A DNA stretch of 64,000 bases from positions 4,898,001-4,962,000 of the forward strand of contig CM119377.1 in assembly GCA_051294905.1 (NCBI GenBank). The letters are read 5' to 3'. Origin of the DNA: Botryllus schlosseri. Its lineage: Eukaryota. Position numbers and translations under genes: made by a program. How positions within the stretch are numbered: the stretch's first letter is position 1; each line of letters begins with the position of its first letter. The notes under the pieces were generated by a model. The model was given only the letters and a program-made list of their open reading frames with translations, was not told the origin of the DNA and made no database searches. This document shows, one piece after another, positions 59,501-64,000 of the stretch.

Positions 59501-61690
59501 TAATTGCATGTTATAAAATGTATGTTTTTCGGCAATTGCATGTTTTCAAAATGTGCGTTACGAAAGTGTAGCCAAAGCGGTGATTCTGAGTCATCACGAG
59601 TCATAGTCTTGACTTTTTTGAAACTCTTGGTCGATGTCGAACGGCTCGCGTTCATGATATACTTATTTTTCCCACTCTTCACATGTATTTCACATATCTG
59701 TACTGATAGACGAGACTTTAATCAATAGAATGTTTCGAATCACACGCAGCGACTCGAGTGCAAGTCAAGTCAGTGCGCAGATTGACTCGAATTGAGTCAT
59801 ATCCCATGTTTGAGAAAATGACTCGAGTCGAGTGGACGGAAACTTGTGAGACGAGTCAAGTCATGTCTTGAGTCATTACAACCCTGATTTTGAAAATGCG
59901 TCCCTTTGTTAATTGTGAGGTGTAAAAATGTGTGGTTTATAATAATTTGCGTGTTTTCGAAATATGTGTTATTTGCCATAGACATATTTTTAAAATGCGC
60001 ATTCCTTCCCAGGTTCGTCGCGGGCGCAGCCCTTTAAAAAGCGCGCACAGACCTCCAGGCGCCTGCTGGAGGCGCCGGCCAACTCCAACCAGTCTCCTGC
60101 GGCTAGGAGTAAGTCCTCTCCGGCCCACTCCAACGGCGCAAAGCTTAGCGACAGGCCGGACTTGTTGCCGAGCGAGTCACCGCGTCCCACTTACAACGAC
60201 GACAAAGCGAGCAATGTGAGATATTTTCTTCCTGCGCCTGAGTCTGGGGTTGCAATTAGGAATGGGCAAGTCTCCCATGGAGGGATGAAGTATCGAAACG
60301 ATAATTTTGGGTGTACTGGAATTTATCAAGAATTATGGTTTCGTATTCGATACTTTCTTCCCAATGTGGAAGCCTTGAAACCTTGATTGGTCGTACCCCA
60401 GCATCCAAAGCATGTGATGAAAAGCTACACACGTTAGCGGAGATGACATTGCTGCAAAGTCGTGATCAAGCCTCCGTATCGTCACGAAGTGAAATGGGGG
60501 TCGGAAAAACACCGAATTATCTTTATTGTGATGTATCCCAGGCGATAATTTCTTTGTGGTCGCATAAAAGGTACATATTTCCACGTCATCCATTGTCTTC
60601 TGATGTCTCTGGTACACGATTTTGTCCTGTCTATAACGACCAAACATAACTTGAACGCTTCGTGGATGCAAGCAACTTTGCGAGTATCGTGTAGCTCGTG
60701 TTTGCGAGCATAAAATCTCACTTTGAATCGTTTAGGATGGCTCACAACACGAATATGTCGATTCCACACCGCGAGTTCAGATCAAGATGAACGAAAATTC
60801 CACGAGTTACAGAACCGGAGTCCCGCCTGGTCAAGGTGAGTTGTGTTGTGCGAAAACGCTGGAGGTCGTGCGATGGTTTAACGCTGGTTTGTTGCAGACG
60901 AAACGCCGACGGAAACCGATGCTCTTGCTAGAGAAGTGACCAGGTGAGTGTGCTGTTTTCTATTGATTTGGAAAAGAAAGCCAGACTTCAGAATTATCTG
61001 TCGGGCTCCGATTGAAATTGGAATCTTGCGATACGATGAGATTTTGCTCATTAACAAGTCGCACTGGCCTTTCATAGATTTCTACCTTCGTCACCTTGGA
61101 AACTGTCTGTGCCTCGCTCATAAATCTCTAAAAGTTATCATGATTCGTGACATTCTGTGTGGTGATGTTGTGTATCCGTGGTTCCCAAAGTATCGTTCCC
61201 CAGTAGGCGTGAAATTTCGAATATTAGGGCGGAGAGAGCGCTTAAGCAAGGCCGATTATTCGAAATTTCATGCATATTCTGTGTTACGATTGTTGATAAA
61301 CAAGTTTGTTTCCAATTCTCTACTAGGTGCTGACAATTATATTTACCCTTGTTACGAGTGTCAGCCGAAAATATTCGGGTTCATTTCAGTATGAATACGC
61401 TACTCGATTGTAAATTGAAGTTTTGTACCTTTAAGAAGCTCTTTATAATTCTAATTGTAATCGAATTTGGAAAAGTTGAAACTTTTTAGTTGTCAACTGT
61501 GAGCGGACTGTCTCTTTTCAGATTTTCAGTTCGTGCCAAAGAAACGGACATCCCGGCGTCCTTACCCGCGGACACTCCCGTCGTTAAGTCCAGCAGCGAC
61601 GCCGACTTTGTGACGTCGCCCGAGGAAGTGCATCTGGTATGGTCGAAATCACATACTTTGCAACGCACCCTGTACGAGACCAGCGTGTGA
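44583..61690 (+). CDS. PIP5K1: Type I phosphatidylinositol-4-phosphate 5-kinase, 17 exons, 624 aa
   Basis: Phase-consistent exons 44583-44619, 44685-44710, 47909-48001, 48893-49023, 49817-49934, 51091-51243, 53185-53304, 54117-54296, 56162-56230, 57578-57789, 58211-58294, 58358-58406, 58518-58602, 60013-60215, 60736-60835, 60898-60943, 61522-61690. Motifs [67 protein letters not shown] (type I Glu in the activation loop), RPDLLP. The first two and last three exons are less certain. Confidence 0.93.
51500..52030 (-). mobile_element. Degenerate LINE ORF2 C-terminal remnant
   Basis: Minus frame with stops, ..[25 protein letters not shown].., resembles the post-RT region of I/Jockey-type LINEs. 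Confidence 0.35.
52770..52965 (-). mobile_element. Subfamily-2 SINE 3' fragment
   Basis: Reverse complement of the 26372-26700 body. Confidence 0.75.
53674..53990. repeat. 145-bp tandem repeat, ~2.2 copies
   Basis: TTCGCAATG recurs at 53687, 53832 and 53977; the two full units are nearly identical. Confidence 0.9.
54900..56990 (-). mobile_element. Highly decayed LINE-like remnants in PIP5K introns 8 and 9 (the real exon 56162-56230 lies between them)
   Basis: Weak minus-strand motifs FPTY (endonuclease-like) and [14 protein letters not shown] (post-RT-like). Confidence 0.25.
57100..57430 (+). mobile_element. Penelope-like 3' fragment with inverted partial terminal repeat and near-intact hammerhead
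   Basis: Hammerhead ACCC-CTGACGA-GTGTCAGCT-GAAAATATTC-GGGT at 57330-57363; upstream frame [17 protein letters not shown]; inverted copy of the repeat 3' end at about 57105-57150. Confidence 0.75.
59574..59886. mobile_element. GACTCGAGTC-family hAT MITE, left end degraded
   Basis: Right end GAGTCATTACAACCCTG and multiple GACTCGAGTC motifs; no TSD. Confidence 0.65.
61255..61445 (+). mobile_element. Penelope-like terminal repeat with broken hammerhead core
   Basis: ACCC-TTGTTACGA-GTGTCAGCC-GAAAATATTC-GGGT at 61345-61380. Confidence 0.65.
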
Positions 61691-62134
61691 TCCGTGGTCG
61701 GCAGTGACAGTGCTCGCGCGTGTTCTGTGAACGTGTAGCTGCTCGTAGCGCTTTTTGTGTTCTTTAACTGTATCTCTCATCGGATCTGTTGCAATGATTT
61801 CGCTCTACACTTAACGCCGAGATATCTAATCATGACGGGTGTCTTCACGCCGGCTGAGTGCCGTAACAGTGATTTGAGACGTAATATTATCGACGCGTGC
61901 ATGGGTGTGTACTTTTCATTTCGTTTGTTTTCGAAACGAGATATCGTGATAGTCGGATGCGATACGTCGGTATTGGGTTTCAGTTTCGAGCTACACAAAA
62001 TTTTATTGATCATTTTTTTCTAACACTGATTCAAATTGTTCCGTTAACATATGAGCGTACGACACATTGAGCATGTGGGTTAAAGTTAGGGTTCGAATAC
62101 AATTAGATTTGGGTTGTGGTCAGTGTTTGTGTAA

Positions 62135-62460
62135 CAGGGTTGTAACCAAGCCACAAGGTTCCGAGTCGCAAGTCAATCTCACTTGTATAGTTTTGACTCT
62201 AGTCTGGTCAAGTCATTTTTAATTAACCACCGAGTGTAGTCCGAGTCCAAGTCATCTAGTATAGGGTCGAGTCCGAGTCGTAGTGTTTTGACTTGAGTCG
62301 GAGTCCAAGTCATTCTGTTCACTGTTCAGTTTTCGGCTCAATCCGGTTCATCACATTTTTTCAACTCTGCTCGAGTGATATAGAATGGCTCGCATTCATG
62401 ATAGTGATTTTCCTCAGTTTTAACAGTTTCTGGCCCAATTTTCCTAGTGTCAGGACTGAT
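62135..62460. mobile_element. Truncated GACTCGAGTC-family hAT MITE
   Basis: Starts CAGGGTTGTAACCAAG and aligns with 39525 onward. Confidence 0.75.
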
Positions 62461-63319
62461 AGACGAAATACCAATAATGTGGGTTGCCGTGCATCTTTTT
62501 GTTGAAGATTCGTCTTTACCTCGCCCTTGTTTTTAAGATTGCCCTTTTTCGTCATCAGATTAGGGAGATGCCGGTGAACAGATGATATTAATACTGTACG
62601 AAGGTGTCCGCTGTCCGGTCATCAGTTTATAAATTTCACGGTTTTATGGTGCCCTTAGTTTTGATCCATGCCGACAGCAACTCTGTTTATTTATCACATG
62701 CCCAACCGTCGTTTTTCATTGTGTCGCATGCCCAAATGTAGGCCAACCATTCAAACGTATCGGGACGTATCTGAGGCAATGTTTTCTCTGTGTCTTTTAT
62801 TTTATCCTGCCCGCGAAGGCTGCCTGGATGTTGAGTGTTACTCGTAATGTCACGATAATTTGTCGTTTGTTGTAGTGCGATGCTCGTGTGTCATTAGCTG
62901 CAGTCTATCGCCGATACAATATACATCCTTGTAATGCTGGGATAGTACAAACGTCGCGGCCCGAGATGATGTGACAGATAATTTCACTCCATACGCGATT
63001 GTCGATTGCTCTTCCATTTCCAAATTATGCTTACGACATTCTCAATGATTTGCTCTGTTCCGACATGATCACTCAGTTATATTGACTCGATTGTGACATC
63101 TTATTCTACTTTGATATTTCCGACCGAATTGACTGATTCGCGAGTTGCATCCTGGCCGATCTATGTCACCAAACCCAATCACAGTTTATAAGCAGCCGCG
63201 CTTTTTCATTAGTTTCTGTACAAGCCTCGAAAGCTCCAAGACGTGATGTAATTATTCGCGTTCAAGACGCATTTCTACACATGACTTCTCGTTATAAAGA
63301 ATACTTCTATACATAAGAA

Positions 63320-63495
63320 CAGTGAATTGAATAATATATTCATATTGACATATACCCGAATGTTGTTGATTTCGATTCTCTACTAGTTGCTGGCGATTAC
63401 CCCTAACGACTGCCTGTCTGAAATATTCGGGTTTATTTCAATATGATATATTATTCAATTGTGTACTGGCATTCTGTAGCTCCATGAGTCTCTTC
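63320..63495 (+). mobile_element. Penelope-like terminal repeat with inverted partial copy and degenerate hammerhead
   Basis: GAATAATATATTCATATTG...CAATATGATATATTATTC inverted flanks around ACCC-CTAACGA..GAAATATTC-GGGT. Confidence 0.65.
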
Positions 63496-64000
63496 AAAAT
63501 GTAAATTTCATTATTGTTTTGGTTAATATTACACTTGCTTCGCCAAGGACATAACAATATTGCATGCTGTCCGAGTCTAAGCAGCCTTAGAAATAAGAAG
63601 GCGTGGTAGTAGAGCATACTCCACCTTTGTCCTGCGTACAAAGGCCCACCTTGGACTGAATTAGTGTAGTATTGACTTATCACCCGCATATGCCCACCTG
63701 GTGGAGATAGTTGCAAGAATATTGCTGCATAGCCGCATGGGCGTAACCAGCAAAAAAACAAGATGACCTTCGCGATTATTGCCTTTGTGGTCGTGTGATG
63801 TCACAAAGCCCTGTGTACGCCCGTGCGGGCTTATACCGACCTATCTCATTCATTTCGCATTATCGTCTGTTGTCGCACTTTTCGCATGGTTTCTGTTCTT
63901 GTCTTAACAGAGAATGAATAAATTTGTGTGCCGAAAAGTCGATTGGTTATTAATTTATCACTGGGTGTGATTCAGTCCTTGTGCATGCGTAGCATGGGTG

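Noticed and set aside
60-63761. Most of the 60-150 aa ORFs in the supplied track
   Set aside because: They are antisense or off-frame shadows of real exons, read-through from exons into introns, or chance ORFs in repeats (e.g. 14405-14635, 60333-60671, 60948-61394).

Overview
Eukaryotic (metazoan, probably marine invertebrate) genomic DNA, AT-rich and crowded with transposon relics. Three intron-rich + strand genes were rebuilt by hand with phase-consistent GT-AG junctions. They are a TEX264-like gene (6767-8951, with an apparent +1 frameshift in exon 2), a 23-exon P5B-type ATPase (ATP13A3-like, 16761-41053, 1326 aa) and a 17-exon type I PIP 5-kinase (44583-61690, 624 aa). Introns and intergenic DNA hold many hAT/hATm MITEs with 8-bp TSDs, a deleted hAT, a decayed Harbinger, a hATm-derived foldback, two tRNA-SINE subfamilies, LINE debris and a probable fossil Academ-type transposase. 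The most notable signal is a dispersed ~250-300 bp repeat at 9 loci that carries a minimal type I hammerhead ribozyme (CUGACGA-GUGUCAGCC-GAAA-palindromic stem III-UC). Its stem I and stem III covary between copies, one copy is fully intact (23411-23450, minus strand), and a conserved upstream GCUGAC is complementary to loop II. It is most likely the terminal repeat of a Penelope-like retroelement. All alignments and family assignments were made by eye; no database searches were run.
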